NCBI GenBank assembly: GCA_050084985.1
Contig: JBITNC010000001.1
Location: forward strand, 19,344,001 to 19,408,000
DNA from: Nageia nagi
Taxonomy: Eukaryota; Plantae; Pinophyta
Length of the DNA: 64,000 nt
Reading direction: 5' to 3'
The translations under genes and the position numbers were made by a program. Under the pieces are notes generated by a model. That model saw only the letters and a program-made list of their open reading frames with translations. It was not told the DNA's origin and made no database searches. Shown here piece after piece: positions 14,270 to 27,624 of the stretch (position 1 is its first letter; every line of letters starts with the position of its first letter).

Positions 14270-14770
14270 TGATGTAAAAGAAATCAATGGCAAGAAATTT
14301 CCATCATGTACAGAGATGAAGCGCTTTCTAAAATCTCTGTCCATGAATGAACACTTTATACATAGCAATTGCCTGCAATGTATGATGGGTCTATCTAAAC
14401 ATTAACTTCGCAGGGTTATCTAGGCCTATATATTTGGCAGGATCCTCCAGTTATATTTTTATTAAAGTCATAAAATCTTTATCATAGTCAAGGGGTGGGG
14501 TTCCTAACTAAAATATGGAAGGCAAAAGCTTGGAATTAATGTGGGGAATAGCCAATGTTGATTGCAGTGAATCAATGGCGGGTGGAATACCTATACTGTC
14601 TGGAGGTAAAGTGCCTCCTCAAATCTCTGCTTGCTTGACAACATTTTGACACATGATGATCACAATATGGAGTTGTAGCCCCCAACATAGTCCTGTCTTG
14701 CTAAATAGTCCCTTTGGGTCTTCCTTGCTAAATGGTCCCTTTTGGGGTCACACATCAAGTGGTATCAGAG
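14270..14770 (+). mobile_element. Possible LTR plus tRNA-Met PBS remnant within the PP1 intron
   Basis: ACATCA-AG-TGGTATCAGAG at 14752-14770 is a canonical LTR end plus PBS. The 5' boundary (TGATGT at 14270) is tentative. No coding region follows. Confidence 0.4.
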
Positions 14771-16180
14771 AAACATTTTCTGTGAAGTTGAAAATAGGTG
14801 CTCCAATTAACAAGCAATTTGAGCAATGAAATGTGCTGTGACATTGAACCTGCATAAGTTTAATTTTGCAGTGAGCATAAATAAGACACTAAATTCATGT
14901 TAATATCCCTCCTGACACTATGGTGATGGCAATAAAATGGCTAATTCACAAAATAGTCTATAGATATTTTGATCCTACATGCCAAGGCGTAATTCTTTGT
15001 TTTAAACAACCTACTGAGTAAAATCCTCAGGGTTTAACATGACATGTATGAATCAGACAAAGATCTATCAATAAATGTAGTGTTTTCTAATGGGGCTGTG
15101 CCCTTTACTCAATCAGATGAAGGGGGGGATTACATGGTCTAACAGCACAGGATATAGCTCAGATACATACCTACACAGATACAGTCCTGTTATCAATGAT
15201 AAGACACATCAGTTCACATCAAAATACTTAATGAAAGTCATATCTGAATGGGTTGAATGAGGTACAACTAACAAAGTTTTGCAGTTTAGACTGGAAAAAA
15301 GGTCTATCCACTGACCAAATGGCATAGTCTCTGATAAAAGCAGATTTATATCCACTTATGCATATCAGTAGTGTTCAAGTAGATATGCCCGCTAATTTTG
15401 CATGCCTTTTGTGGTTGTTATGTGTTTCAAATGTGAACAGTGAAAGGCGATAGTTATTAATTTAACAAACAGAAGGGTCAAACTTCACATTTGTTGCCCT
15501 CTAGGAAGAAACTGTAGAGAATTGTGATTCCATTGCTCTTTTTCTTTAACAATTTCAAAAGAGTCTCGTTTTATAATCATGTAATGGCCAGAATTTGATG
15601 CAAACCAATCCAGTTTCTGCCAACTATGAATTGACAGTGCAAATAAGTTGACCACTATTTATACATCAAAATTCAGTTTTAATTCTAGATTCAGAAGATA
15701 TGCTAGTTTAGGATGTCAACAAGCATCAATGCGATTAACTAGGCTTAACAAAAATGTAAAAATTTTAACTTCTCTCTCTAAAAGTGAAGGCTATGAACTT
15801 CACACTTTCCATTTATATTATCACTAATGAGAAAAGAAATATATTACAACACTGTGAATTGTGCAATGCAACTAAGGATAGCCAACAACTATATAAGAAT
15901 ATTTTTAAAACTACACAACTTCAATACACTTTCTACCTTTCTGTTTATCACAGTAAACATTCCTTAAATAACATGCCAATTAATCTAGCATGTTTGGCAG
16001 CTGAAAACTCTTATAAGCCCAACAACAAACAAATCAAAAAAAACAAAGCAAAAATGGTAAAATACATAATGTAGTGAAAAAGCATCTCACAACATTAATG
16101 TATATATGAAAACGTAAAATATTTCAAACTATGATCTAACAATGTTGAAGGTCTTTCAAAAGGAAGAATTCAAGTATAAA

Positions 16181-17160
16181 TTAATCAACAGTTCTCATCT
16201 TGCAAATCTTGGAAAACTACACACAAAAGGCTAAAAATGATTAAAAGCCACCAAAACTAGATATTAAATAGCCAAAAAGACAATATTATTAGGAACTTCA
16301 CGTCTTCCTCCCAATCAAGTCCACTAGTAGCTTGCTAAAAATATAGATATTTCTATGAAATTAAGCGCAAACAGTTCATTCAGAAGAACAATGACAGTTT
16401 ATTGACTGAAACTAATGATGAAAAATGGTACAAGAATTTGTTCATTGACAATAGAGCAGAAAAACAGATAACATGCATTAAACAACTAAAAATATTAAAG
16501 AGAATGAAACATAAGCTGACATAAAAATGCAGAGTGCAAAATTCTACAATATGAATTTTAGACATGCAATAAGGTTGGCATTAGCTGGCAGAAAAGAGCT
16601 CAAGAATGATTACAACAATTGTAACATTACAGTGTTTATAATGTTAAGCTTCAAGGATGATGGTGGTACATGGCACAAGTGCATATTGGTGTTATGGTAT
16701 TTATAGATGAATTAATCAACAGTGCCAATCTTGCCCAACCTTGAAACACTGTACAGAAAGATGTCAGGATACTTTGTCAGGAAATTCATCCTCCCTCCCA
16801 ATCAAATCCTGCAAGTAGGTTCCTAACCATTAACATTTCTATAAACTTAAGGACAAACAGTTTATTCAGACCAACATTCATAATTTATTAACTGAAACTA
16901 GAAAATGTTGTTTAATGAAACAAAAGAAAAATATATACCCATTAAAAACCTTTAAAAAAATTAGGCATCAAAACATAAGGAGACACAAATTTGCTGTATA
17001 CAATTTTTGCAATGTAATGTTTTGTTGTGCAATAAGATTCACTTTAGCTGAAAGAAATGAGCTCAAGCAATATTACAAGAATTAGCAAACCACACTAAAA
17101 ATAATTTAGTATTTATAGTGTTAATAACAATGATGATGATGGTACATGAAATGAGTGCAA
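16181..17160. repeat. Diverged tandem duplication, about 500 bp x2
   Basis: Units start TTAATCAACAGT at 16181 and 16712. Shared CTCCCAATCAA, ACTGAAACTA, GAGCTCAAG and TGGTACATG in the same order. Confidence 0.8.
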
Positions 17161-17726
17161 GAGTTTGCAGTATAAAACCCAAATTTGGTTTTACAATAAT
17201 TAGGTCCACGTATCAGACACCAAAAGTAAAAAATATGAATGAGTGAACAATCCCAAATTTAATCAATGAAGAACTTGTGCTGACTTTTCAGCATCTGAAA
17301 GAATGAAAACCCTGGCACAAAGGACAACTATATATGAAAAAGTAATGAATATGTTGCTTCTGATTGCATCATATGCACTATGAATTGAATATCATTTAGA
17401 TGATTCAGACTAGAGGAGATGCTCATGGATGCAAAAAGCCCAGGAGGAAGTAAACTCAGAGAGTTCTGTGGGAAAATAGAAGTATATGTGTTCTATGTGT
17501 TGCTCAGCATCTCTATCGATGCCATGAAATAGTTCATCCTTGTCATTCATTGATCACATCAGTTTCAACAATTTCTGTTACTCAAAAACAGTTCCACTAC
17601 CTTCAAACAACAAAGTTTATAAATGAAATAAAAATACATATACCAAACAAATAAGAACAAGAACATGTAAACAAGATCTGAAGATCAATTATCTACATAG
17701 AACATCATTACACAAATAAAGAATCC

Positions 17727-17758
<32 letters not shown>

Positions 17759-17767
17759 ATATATATA
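17727..17767. repeat. (AT)n microsatellite
   Basis: (AT)12 followed by a degenerate AT tail. Confidence 0.9.
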
Positions 17768-18274
17768 TTAGACATGTATACAAGACAAGTACTACTTAAG
17801 TCCATTATCAGACAAGGGAGAAACAAGATTAACCAAAATATACATTATACAATATCTTAAATCAAATCTGGCTATATTGAACATATAAATAACTCACACA
17901 AAGTCGAGCATTTCTAAAATAAATACATCAGCATAGATAATACAAACCAAGAGAAACTATCTGAACAGGATGAGAATAGCATTTGAACAGAAGGCAATTA
18001 AGCTTTGAAGAAGATAAGCCAAAAACTCAAATATACAGAAATCAATAAAAAATCCTGGTAACAACTGTATAGAATTCTATATTAAAATAGTTAAGTAGTT
18101 CCACATCACATTGTTTTTAAGGATTAGATAATCTTCATTTTCAAACAAGTATAACTGTGTTTTACTTTCATAGTAGTTTATATATTACCAAAACATGCAT
18201 GAACATTGAGTGACATTGTTATAGCATTGTTCAATGGACAATTAGCACCCCTGCAAATTTCAAAGAAAACCTAC

Positions 18275-18502
18275 CCTCACTCCACGTGGCGGTGTTCCAG
18301 GTTTAGTTGTGGCTGCATTTGAGTTTCCATAGCCAAACTTGGGTTTCTTCTCTGCTGGTTTAAGAATCTGGAATGAACACATCAATGTATCATCCACACT
18401 CATCATTGCACCAGCATTATCAAATTCACCACAGTAATTAGGGGCTGAAAATATTGTCACAAGCTGCCTGTCAGCAAAGAATTCATAACCATCTTCCACA
18501 AC
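18275..18502 (-). CDS. PP1: PP1 catalytic subunit, coding exon 3
   Basis: Acceptor TTGCAG, then [31 protein letters not shown]...[10 protein letters not shown]. Donor GG|GTAGGT at 18274. If unspliced, it reads VGFL* to the stop at 18260. Confidence 0.95.
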
Positions 18503-18590
18503 CTGCAATGTAAACAGATTGTTTTGTAATTATTTAAGACAATCACAAACCTTACTGAAATATCAGTGAGAAACTAATAAAGTAAATAAC

Positions 18591-19150
18591 CTGATGTGCA
18601 CGACAAATAAGATCTAGCTCCTGCTTTTGGAGAAATTCAGACACTTTGTCAGGACCAAATGTGTAAGAAACACCTCTATCATTCATTCCCCATCCTTGAA
18701 TATCTTTGCTAGGATCTGACCAAAGAAGATCACATAACAATCCTGTGTCTGGAACATCTGTAGGACGAGGTATATTCCTGATTTGATCCAAGTTGGTTAG
18801 ATCAGGTGAAAGTCCTCCATGCATGCATAGTATCTTCTCATCTATGAGAGCAGCCACAGGGAGACAGTTGAAACAGTCTGTGAAAACCTTCCATAATCTG
18901 ACATTGAATCTACGCTTACACTCATCATAGAATCCATAAATACGATTGATAGATGCACACTCGTGATTGCCTCTCAAAAGGAAGAAATTCTCTGGGTATT
19001 TGATTTTGTAAGCAAGGAGAAGGCATATTGTCTCTAGACTTTGCTTTCCACGGTCCACGTAATCACCTAAGAACAAGTAATTTGCTTGTGGTGGTAAACC
19101 ACCATACTCAAAGAGTCTTAGAAGATCAGAGTACTGGCCATGAATGTCAC
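18591..19150 (-). CDS. PP1: PP1 catalytic subunit, coding exon 2
   Basis: Acceptor TTTACAG, donor CAG|GTTATT. PPP motifs GDIHGQ, GDYVDRG, GNHE, HGGLSP and RAHQ. 560 nt keeps frame with exons 1 and 3. Confidence 0.98.
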
Positions 19151-20916
19151 CTGTAAAGCAATACATTAATGGAAAAAATCAAAAACAGGTTTTATATGGA
19201 AGAGACACAGAAGCCAAGTTACAAACACAGCTTAACAATAGAAGGGGCCACAGAATGTCATGGCATACACGAAAAAATTACTAGTAGAAGTCAGGACTAG
19301 AGACTTCTCAACTGAATACCATTTTATGGTAATGTTATACAGCTATTTGAAATTAGCAGATCTATAGTTTATAGTGTAGGATAAGATTTGAATATTTAGA
19401 AAGAATGTGTAGGTTCTCATCACAATGAATTGATGGTCATGATAATTTTCCTCAAGGAGAATTGATAAATCATGATATTGGTTGCTCAAATGGAACTGCC
19501 ACGCTATCTTAAAAAGAGGTCATCATTAACAAGAATGGTTAGTTAAAACTTAAAAGAACCTTTATAGAATTTTGTTGCTTTGAAATCTCAATTTCACATA
19601 ATGAATCTGTCCAATGTGTCATTTGAAAAAAAAAATCTGACTCTTGTTCCACACCAAAAGATCAAGTGAAATTTCCAATGTTGTATACATATTGTAAGTG
19701 TGCACTAATGAATACATTTCGTTAGTCGAAAGAGCAACTATTGCAGAGAAACCACAAGCACATTCCACACTCCACATAATTGCGGTAAATACTATAAGCA
19801 TGTAGGATCTAAGCTGTGTAGCTTACACCGATTATTCTTTAACGACATTACTCATGTATCTACTCAAACTCCATATCTTGAGATTATTTGCCCATCTATA
19901 CAAGAAAAAGTTTAGAAAAAAATATCAAGCAAATCACTATGTCATTTACAAGTATATTCACATTACAAGCCATAACCTTCAAAAACACTATGCATCCTTC
20001 ACATCACAAAATATAAATAATTGCATCCTATGATCAAGCAACAGGAAAAACCTATGTGATCAAGCAACAGGAAAAACCTGTGTGATAGCATTGAATGATG
20101 CAAGAAACAAAGGAGGAGCTTGTAGAACACATAAGCCCCAAAATAGGCGAAGAGTTTGTAACAAATATGAAGATTCTTATCTTGAACTCTCTGTGATAGT
20201 TTCAAACGCATACCTTAGCCAATGTGTGAACCCAAACACGACCAATGTGCAATGTGAACATAATTGTTTGACAAACACAATCAATGTGCAATGCAAATAT
20301 CATTTTTTACAAACATAACAAATGTGCAATATAAAGATAATTTTTTGACAAACACAACCTGTGATGATGACAAACAATGGTTCATGTAAAAATGCATTGT
20401 ATACAAGGGTCAAAGGATCACCACAACCACAAATATAGTAGATGTCAAAATCCACTATTCAAAACCCAGATTGTCCTACTGAAGTGGTGGTGTTTCATAG
20501 AGAACATTACAATGGGTTTGTGTAAACTTCAAACCAAGAACAAAGAATTGGTTCAAATTCTCTACAAATATTCTGAAACATCGTCAAGAATGATTGGTTA
20601 TACTGTTCAATTATGAACCTGGTCCATGGAACACTGACTACACGAATTGAAAGTGATGTGGCTTTTGACAATACTGACAACTTCAAACATCTTTTTTGTA
20701 AAGGATCTCCTACTCAAATTTCAAGAGGACAGCATACATCCCCATATGACAGCTAATGGATATTATTCAATCATATATTAATCTTTAACAACACCATCAT
20801 CTCGATAAAAGACTTATGTTATCAATAGGTCAACTATATTGCAAGATCTGGAGGTGGAAGATTGCGAACAGTGAGCGGGAAAATCAGGACGCCACAGATC
20901 GCACGAGAGGGAAGCC

Positions 20917-22418
20917 ATGACGTCTGGTCCGGGGGGCCCCTCGGCCCCCCAAAAGCCGCCTCCTACCATCGCCAATGAACAGGAAGACTCCATGTCCAAC
21001 CATCAGAAACGATCATTCAGGGATGCTGTTCGAAATAGGAGCTCTAACATTCAACGCTCAGGTGGCGCTAAACAATCTCACAAGCGCATTCGCCGCCCAG
21101 CACCAGACCCCAACAAAACTGAAAATGAATGCCTAAAAGCAACGGAGGAAATGCCCCAGGTGGAAATCAGAAGCACAAGGGTTAGCAGTGGGATTAAACT
21201 CCTTACGAATCAAGGACTCATTTGTCGATTTCTTGGCTATCGTATTCAACCATCTGCAATAGAAGCCTGGGTCCATCGCACCTGGGAGACAAAGGGGGAC
21301 TTAATAGTTAGCCACTACTCAAATGGGTACTTCCTTGTTACTTTCGCTACAGAGGATGATAGAGATGCCATATTCCAGGGTGGCCCATGGTTCTATGGAC
21401 GAGCTGGGCTGTTTATGAAGCCTTGGCATCCAGGTTTCAAACCGTGTGAAGAAGTACCAACGGTTGCTCCAGTGTGGGTTCGCCTACCAGACTTCCCACC
21501 TGAATACTGGTATGAAGAGGTGTTCGAGCAAATAGGTGACTCAATTGGTGAGTTTCTATTTGCTTCTGATCGCACCTTGGAGAAAAAGTCTACCTCATAT
21601 GCCAGGATCTGTGTGCAGCTGGATCTTCAAGCCCCCCTTCCAGCAACAGTGTGTCTTCATTTTCCGGACGATGATCTAGTGTGGGAACAGGTCGTGGACT
21701 ATGAAAACATACCTTTCCGATGCCGAGTATGTGCAGAATATGGTCATCTTGCACGTTGTTGTCCACTTGCAGTAGTCATCACAAATCAAGTAGAAGCCCC
21801 AACAGAAGGATTTAAACAGCCAAAAGGAAGAAACAACTCAGGTAAGTCTCCAGCACCCACATCTACTTCCTCTCCAAGTTTGCCCAAAACAAAAGACACC
21901 CAAGAAACTCTCCAGGATCCTAATCCTTTCAATGTCTTGCAAACTGATGAAGCTCAAGAGGATTCGCCCACCTTCCAACACCACCAAAGCCCACTAGTAA
22001 CTACCCTAGAAACCCAAAATCCTTCCCCTTTCCCCTCAACCATCAACCCGCTGTACTCCACATCTGAGCAAACCTTAAGTACCCCTTTTGCAATGAACCA
22101 GCCTATTGCAAACACTCCTCTCCTAGAGATGGATCTGAATATGGTAGATGCTCCTCCCCAAAATCCTCCAGACTCTGCCTCCCAGCAGAAACCACCACCT
22201 AGCCATCACCCTACATCTTATTCAGCTAATAAGACTATCCCCTGAAACAAACAACCAATATCTTGAAAAATCCCAACTCAGGGATTCAAAAACGGAAGGG
22301 AAGGAAGACCAATCAAGCCACCCTCCAACAACTGGCTCGAGAAGATATTGAAGAGGGATCCCAATCCCATATAGACACGCTTTTGGAAGCCAAAAAACTC
22401 CAAAAGGTATCTCAATGA
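20917..22418 (+). CDS. LINE ORF1 (DUF4283/RRM-like plus CCHC knuckle) with one frameshift near 22240
   Basis: GPWFY, PVWVRLP, YARICVQLD and CRVCAEYGHLARCC. The frame stops at 22245, but the -1 frame continues LKQTTN...KRKGRKTN...EGSQSHIDTLL to TGA at 22416-22418 (500 aa if one C is restored). Confidence 0.9.
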
Positions 22419-25400
22419 AATACATCACATGGAACACACGGGGTCTCCATTCCCCCGATACTTTAGGAATGGCAAAACTGTTAGTTCACACAGAAAAACC
22501 CACTGTCCTGATGATCCAAGAAACGAAATCTTCTGACTCTGATCTTTCTACCCTCAAAAAGAAGTTTTGGTCCCACAGCTCATTCGAATCTAGCCCAGCA
22601 GTAGGTCAGTCTGGAGGATTGGCAACTTTTTGGGATAATACTCAGCTGGATTGTACGTTGGCTCACTCTAACTCCTCCTGGATAGCTCTCAAAGCTCGCT
22701 GCCTGGCAACTGGATACCGCTTTGGCCTCATAAACATCTATGCTCCTCAAAATAATGAACTCAAAAAGGTTTTATGGAATCAAATTGCAAACTGGCTCAC
22801 CTTACACGATGCCCTTCCATGCATCGTAGGAGGTGACTTCAATGCCATTAAGAATCTCACAGAGAAGAAGGGAGGTATTAGGAAACTTGACTCAAGTGCA
22901 GAGGACTTCAACTCCTTCATTGATGACCACCAGTTGTTTGAACCTACCTGTGCTAATGGCTTATATACATGGTCAAATAAAAGACATGTTGACCAAGCTA
23001 TCTCAGAAAAGTTGGATCGCTTTCTACTCACCTCAAACTGGTTAGAAAATGAACACATTGTTCAATCTGAAATCCTTCCTTACGGAGGATCTGATCACTG
23101 GCCTGTAGCAATGATTGATGAGCTCCCTCCAAAAAAGATTGCCTCGCCCTTCAGGTTTCAAAAAATGTGGCTCCAACATGAAGATTTTGATGATCTAATA
23201 ACTCAATGGTGGATGGAAGAAACTGGGGTCTTTGGTACTGCTATGTACATTTTCTCTACAAAACTACAACGTTTAAAGCAGAAAATCAAAGCTTGGAATA
23301 AGTCCTCTTTTGGCAATGTAATAGAAAATAGGACCTTGTTGGAGGAACAATTAATTCAAATTGAAACCGAATTAATTCAAAAACCAGAAGAGGGGCTAAT
23401 AGACCAAGAACGTCAACTCCTTCAACATCTTCAGAAAGCCTATCTTGCAGAAGAGTTAATGTGGAGGCAGAAGTCAAGAATCCAATGGCTGAAGGAAGGT
23501 GATCGAAATACGAAATACTTCCATCTCACTACCTTGGCCCATAGATCCCATAACAGGATCACATCTCTTGACACTCCTGAAGGTCATTCTCTTACTAACT
23601 CTGTTGATATAGAAAACCATATTGTGTCTTTTTTTCAAACTCTCTTGTCTGAGCCATGTACCCCAAGACAGTACGCTCAAGAGCAGTTGCTTTCCTACAT
23701 TCCAAAGCTAATCTCTGCCCACCAGAATCAACTTCTCATCAGACCAATCAGTGAAGCGGAAGTAGAAATTGCACTGTTCCAAATGAAGCCCTATGGCTCT
23801 CCTGGTCCTGATGGCTTCCCTCCTGGCTTCCTGCAACACTTTTGGTCTCTTCTGAAGGATGAAATTGTTGCCGTGGTCCAAGAATCTTTTCAATCCAAAC
23901 AACTTCTTCGTAGTATCAATCATACCTTTTTGGCCCTAATCCCAAAACTCAAAGATGCTAAGATGATTACCTCTTTTCGTCCCATCTCATTATGCAATTC
24001 CATTTACAAAGTAATCTCAAAAGTCGCTGCGAATCGTCTCCAAACTGTCCTCGCAAACATTATCTCAGACGAGCAAAAAGCGTTTGTAAAAGGTCGCCAA
24101 CTATTGGATGGGGTTGTGCTTGTTCATGAATTGATCCACTCTATTAACCGACATAAAAACAAAGGGTTGCTGTTGAAACTTGACATCGCAAAGGCCTTTG
24201 ACAAGGTGAGTTGGGATTTCCTTTTGCAAGTTATGGAAAAACTTGGTTTTGAGGCCCAATGGATAGATTGGATTTTTTCTCTCATTGAAGCACCATGTTT
24301 TTCAATTCTTATCAACGGTGAGTCCAAAGGTTTCTTCAACAGCACTAGGGGGCTACGTCAAGGCGATCCCTTATCCCCATATCTCTTCATTGTCCTCTCT
24401 GAAGTGCTGGGTAGAGGCCTAAAAAACTTGCAAGCCACAGGAAAGATCCATGGACTTCAAATCACAAGCAACACTCCTCCTATCACGCATTCCCAGTTCG
24501 CAGATGACACTCTGCTCTTCATGTACCCCCAGCATCATGAGATCATCCACCTCAAGAACTTCTTACATTGCTATGAAGTGGCTTCAGGACAAGAGATCAA
24601 CAGATCCAAATCTACAATATACGGTCTCAACATTTCAGCCTATTACACGTCTCAAATCAGCCAGTGGATAGACATGACAGTTGGACAACTCCCAGCACTT
24701 ATCTTGGGATGCCTTTAGTAATAGGTGGGAACTTTGGAGGCTTTTGGGAGTCTTTAATAGAAAAAATGCAAAGCAAGATGAACTCATGGAAAGCAAAATG
24801 GCTCTCCTCAGCTGGAAGAATCACAAAACTTAATGCTATGTTGGGTGCTATTCCTACTTTTTGGCTTTCAGCTTTTTGGGTCCCTCAAAACATTTTAGAC
24901 CGCATGGAGGCTATCATGCGTAATTTTCTATGGCACGGTGCTTCTGAGACTCGTAAAATCCACCTGGTGGCTTGGGATCTGGTTTGCCAACCCAAGTCAA
25001 GGGGTGGACTGGGAATCAAAAACTTACGTAGTATGAATCTAGCCCTTTTAGGAAAACTAGTATGGAGGATTTACACTGATCATCATCACCAGTGGAGTCA
25101 GGCCATCCGCTCTAAGTATCTTGATGATACCTCTCCTGAGCGCATTTTTACTGCAGCAGAAGTTCCATGGGGCTCCCCTATCTGGAATGGCTTAAGAAAA
25201 GCAAGAAGCTTTGTGTTGCACTTCCTCAAGTGGAGAATTGGTTCAGGGCACAAGGTGGACTTCTGGGAAGATGCTTGGCTGCTTCTTATCCCACTTGCTT
25301 CACTAAACTCCTTCCAAAACTTATACCCCTACCTCAAATCCCACTGGGGTGACAAAGTGTTCCACTATTGGTCTTGGGCTAACAGGACAAGAAAGTGGAG

Positions 25401-26262
25401 GCCCTTCGTAGATCTTCCTCCGAATCTAATACAAGAAGCCAGCCACCTCAAATCCCTGCTAGGAGTCCATACTTTGGATAACGCAGAGAAAGAGGACAGG
25501 TTAGTTTGCACCCTAAACTCTAAAGGAGACTACTCAGTAAGTCTGGCATTCAAAACTACTTTCCATGGAGCCAAGTCTCCGTATCCACCGTCAGTCTGGA
25601 TGCGAGTATGGACTTCAAAGGCCTGGCCCAAAGCATCCTTTTTCTTATGGCTGGCAGTGCAAAATAAATTTTTATCTTGGGAACAGCTGGTGAAGCGAGG
25701 TTGGATTGGACCTGGGCATTGTGTATTATGTGGATCTAGTGAAGAAACAGGACTCCACCTGATGTTGTTTTGCCCCTACTCAACTGCATTATGGGGGAAA
25801 CTTTTGGAATGTGGCTCAGGACCTTGGGTCACACCTCACTCAATCAGCTTTCTACTGCAGTACTGGGAATCCCCCTTTAGGAGTAAGTCCTTCCAAATCC
25901 TCTGGCAAGCAGCCCCTGCTATGCTCGTTTGGTCCTTGTGGCTAGAGAGGAACAATCGGCTTTTCAATGGCCATTCAGTGGATGTTGAGAAGTGCTGGCT
26001 CAAACTTGAAAAACAGTTAGTCAATGTTTTAGATGCAACTTTCTGTATTGCATCAATTCCACAGGAGGAGATTCCTTGTTTCTCTCATTGGCCCACAATT
26101 CTCCAAAGGTGGACACTGGTGCACCCCAAGCCAGTAACAGAACATGCTCCCACCTCTTCATACCAGGCCGTCAGTTCTGTTTTACTGTCACAACAACATC
26201 AACTCTTGGCTCCACAGCAACTTCCAAAAAAGAGACAGCGTCTAGCACCAAAAAGTGTCTAG
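22415..26262 (+). CDS. LINE ORF2 (APE endonuclease, RT, zf-RVT) with one frameshift at 24691-24693
   Basis: EN motifs WNTRGL, QETK, GGDFN, LDRFL, SDHWP. RT motifs PGPDGF, FRPISL, LDIAKAFD, GLRQGDPLSP, QFADD, YLGMPL. Zinc motif CVLC...HLMLFC. 1282 aa if one C is restored. Confidence 0.96.
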
Positions 26263-26580
26263 CTCCAGAAAGCGTCTAGCAACAGAAAGTCTAGCACCAG
26301 AAAGCGTCTAGCTCCAGAAAGCGTCTAGCTCCAGAAAGCGTCTAGCTCCAGAAAGCGTCTAGCTCCAGAAAGCGTCTAGCTCCAGAAAGTCTAGCACCAG
26401 ATAGCGTCTAGCTCCAGAAAGCGTCTAGCACCAGAAAGTCTAGCACCAGGAAGTCTAGCACCAGAAACGAGCTCCAGAAGTAAGCTCCAGAAACAAACTC
26501 CAGAAATAAGTTCCAGAAATGAGATCCACAGACGAGCCCCAGAAACAAGCTCCCAAGACGAGTTCAAGAGACGAGCTTAC
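26238..26580 (+). repeat. Minisatellite in the LINE 3' UTR (17-, 15- and about 12-bp units)
   Basis: TCTAGCTCCAGAAAGCG and TCTAGCACCAGAAAG units grading into AGCTCCAGAAAC-like units. Confidence 0.95.
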
Positions 26581-27624
26581 TGCATGTGCTCCAGGGGGAG
26601 CCCTAGCAGTGACCTTAGTATTCATACTGGTAGTCATAGTGAACTTAGAGGTTGGATTCAGTTTTCTGTACTGTGCACACTGTAGCTTCCATAAGCTTGA
26701 CATATCTTACAGATTCCCTTCTTGAATTGGTAGTAATAGCCATGATGTAATTTTGTCGAACTAGTAAATCAATAGAATTTATTTACTTACCAAAAAAAAA
26801 AAAAAAAAAACAACACCATCATCTCTTCTATTTATAGCGAGACTATACCACCCAAATTCTAATCAACTTTGTAGTTGTTATTTTTGACAATTTAGTCAGG
26901 GATTGTATATTATAGAACTCATTCAAAAAAAAATAAGATGGGGACAAATACTATAAAAAAATAAAAAGTCATGCATTCTTCAAACCAAAAAATGAAGGAC
27001 AAAATATTTCCAAAAGTTAGAAAATAACCATCAATATTAGGTATTAACAGATTCAAATAAGAAAACTAATGTTAACAGTTAATGTAACTGTTTTGTTGTT
27101 CATGAAAAAACATAATTCGAAAATTTAAAAATTATAGGTTAAACAAAGGAAGCTTTAGACTAAGACAAAAATAAAACAAAAGCATCCGCTTGCACACTGT
27201 TTTAAGAAATCTCAAACAGCCCATGAATACAAAACTACAACCAAAAGCATCTTTCTTAAAGTCACCTCTAAGACGACAACTTAAGACATCTCACAAATAC
27301 ATTGTGAGACAACTTGAATAAAAAAATTCTAAATAATTCTTCAAATTAGGTTTTTAAACGAAAATAAATAAAAGATAGTTTTGAAAATTTATTTCATTAT
27401 CTACACATGCACGATTATCACAAGTAAAAATCTGCATAGGACATGTAATCACACCACCCAACTGTATATATAGAATTTAGAATAATAAATATAATCTTAA
27501 TATAAGCAATTCCTTTTGTTCTATAGGAAAATAAGTACTTGGTCCATTTTATAAGTATAAATATTGTACGAATCTATGAAGGATAATGAATTGAACCCCA
27601 AAGTTCAACAGCGAGATTTGTGAT

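Larger units (their letters stand above)
20804..26808 (+). mobile_element. Full-length young L1-clade LINE, antisense in PP1 intron 1
   Basis: Perfect 17-bp TSD AACAACACCATCATCTC (20787-20803 and 26809-26825), TTT|AA target, poly(A) from 26792, ORF1 and ORF2 present. Confidence 0.98.

Noticed and set aside
12952-20616. Short ORFs (60-96 aa) in the PP1 introns, and similar ORFs at 4529, 6649, 43610 and 61949
   Set aside because: Low-complexity, AT-driven or antisense to TE ORFs, with no recognisable domains.
22239-24693. Programmed ribosomal frameshifting at the two L1 breaks
   Set aside because: Neither site has an X XXY YYZ slippery heptamer, and L1 ORFs are not known to need it. Indel or assembly error is simpler.
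26238-26580. CRISPR-like array
   Set aside because: Head-to-tail units with no unique spacers, a eukaryotic LINE context and no cas genes. The same applies to 41602-41870.
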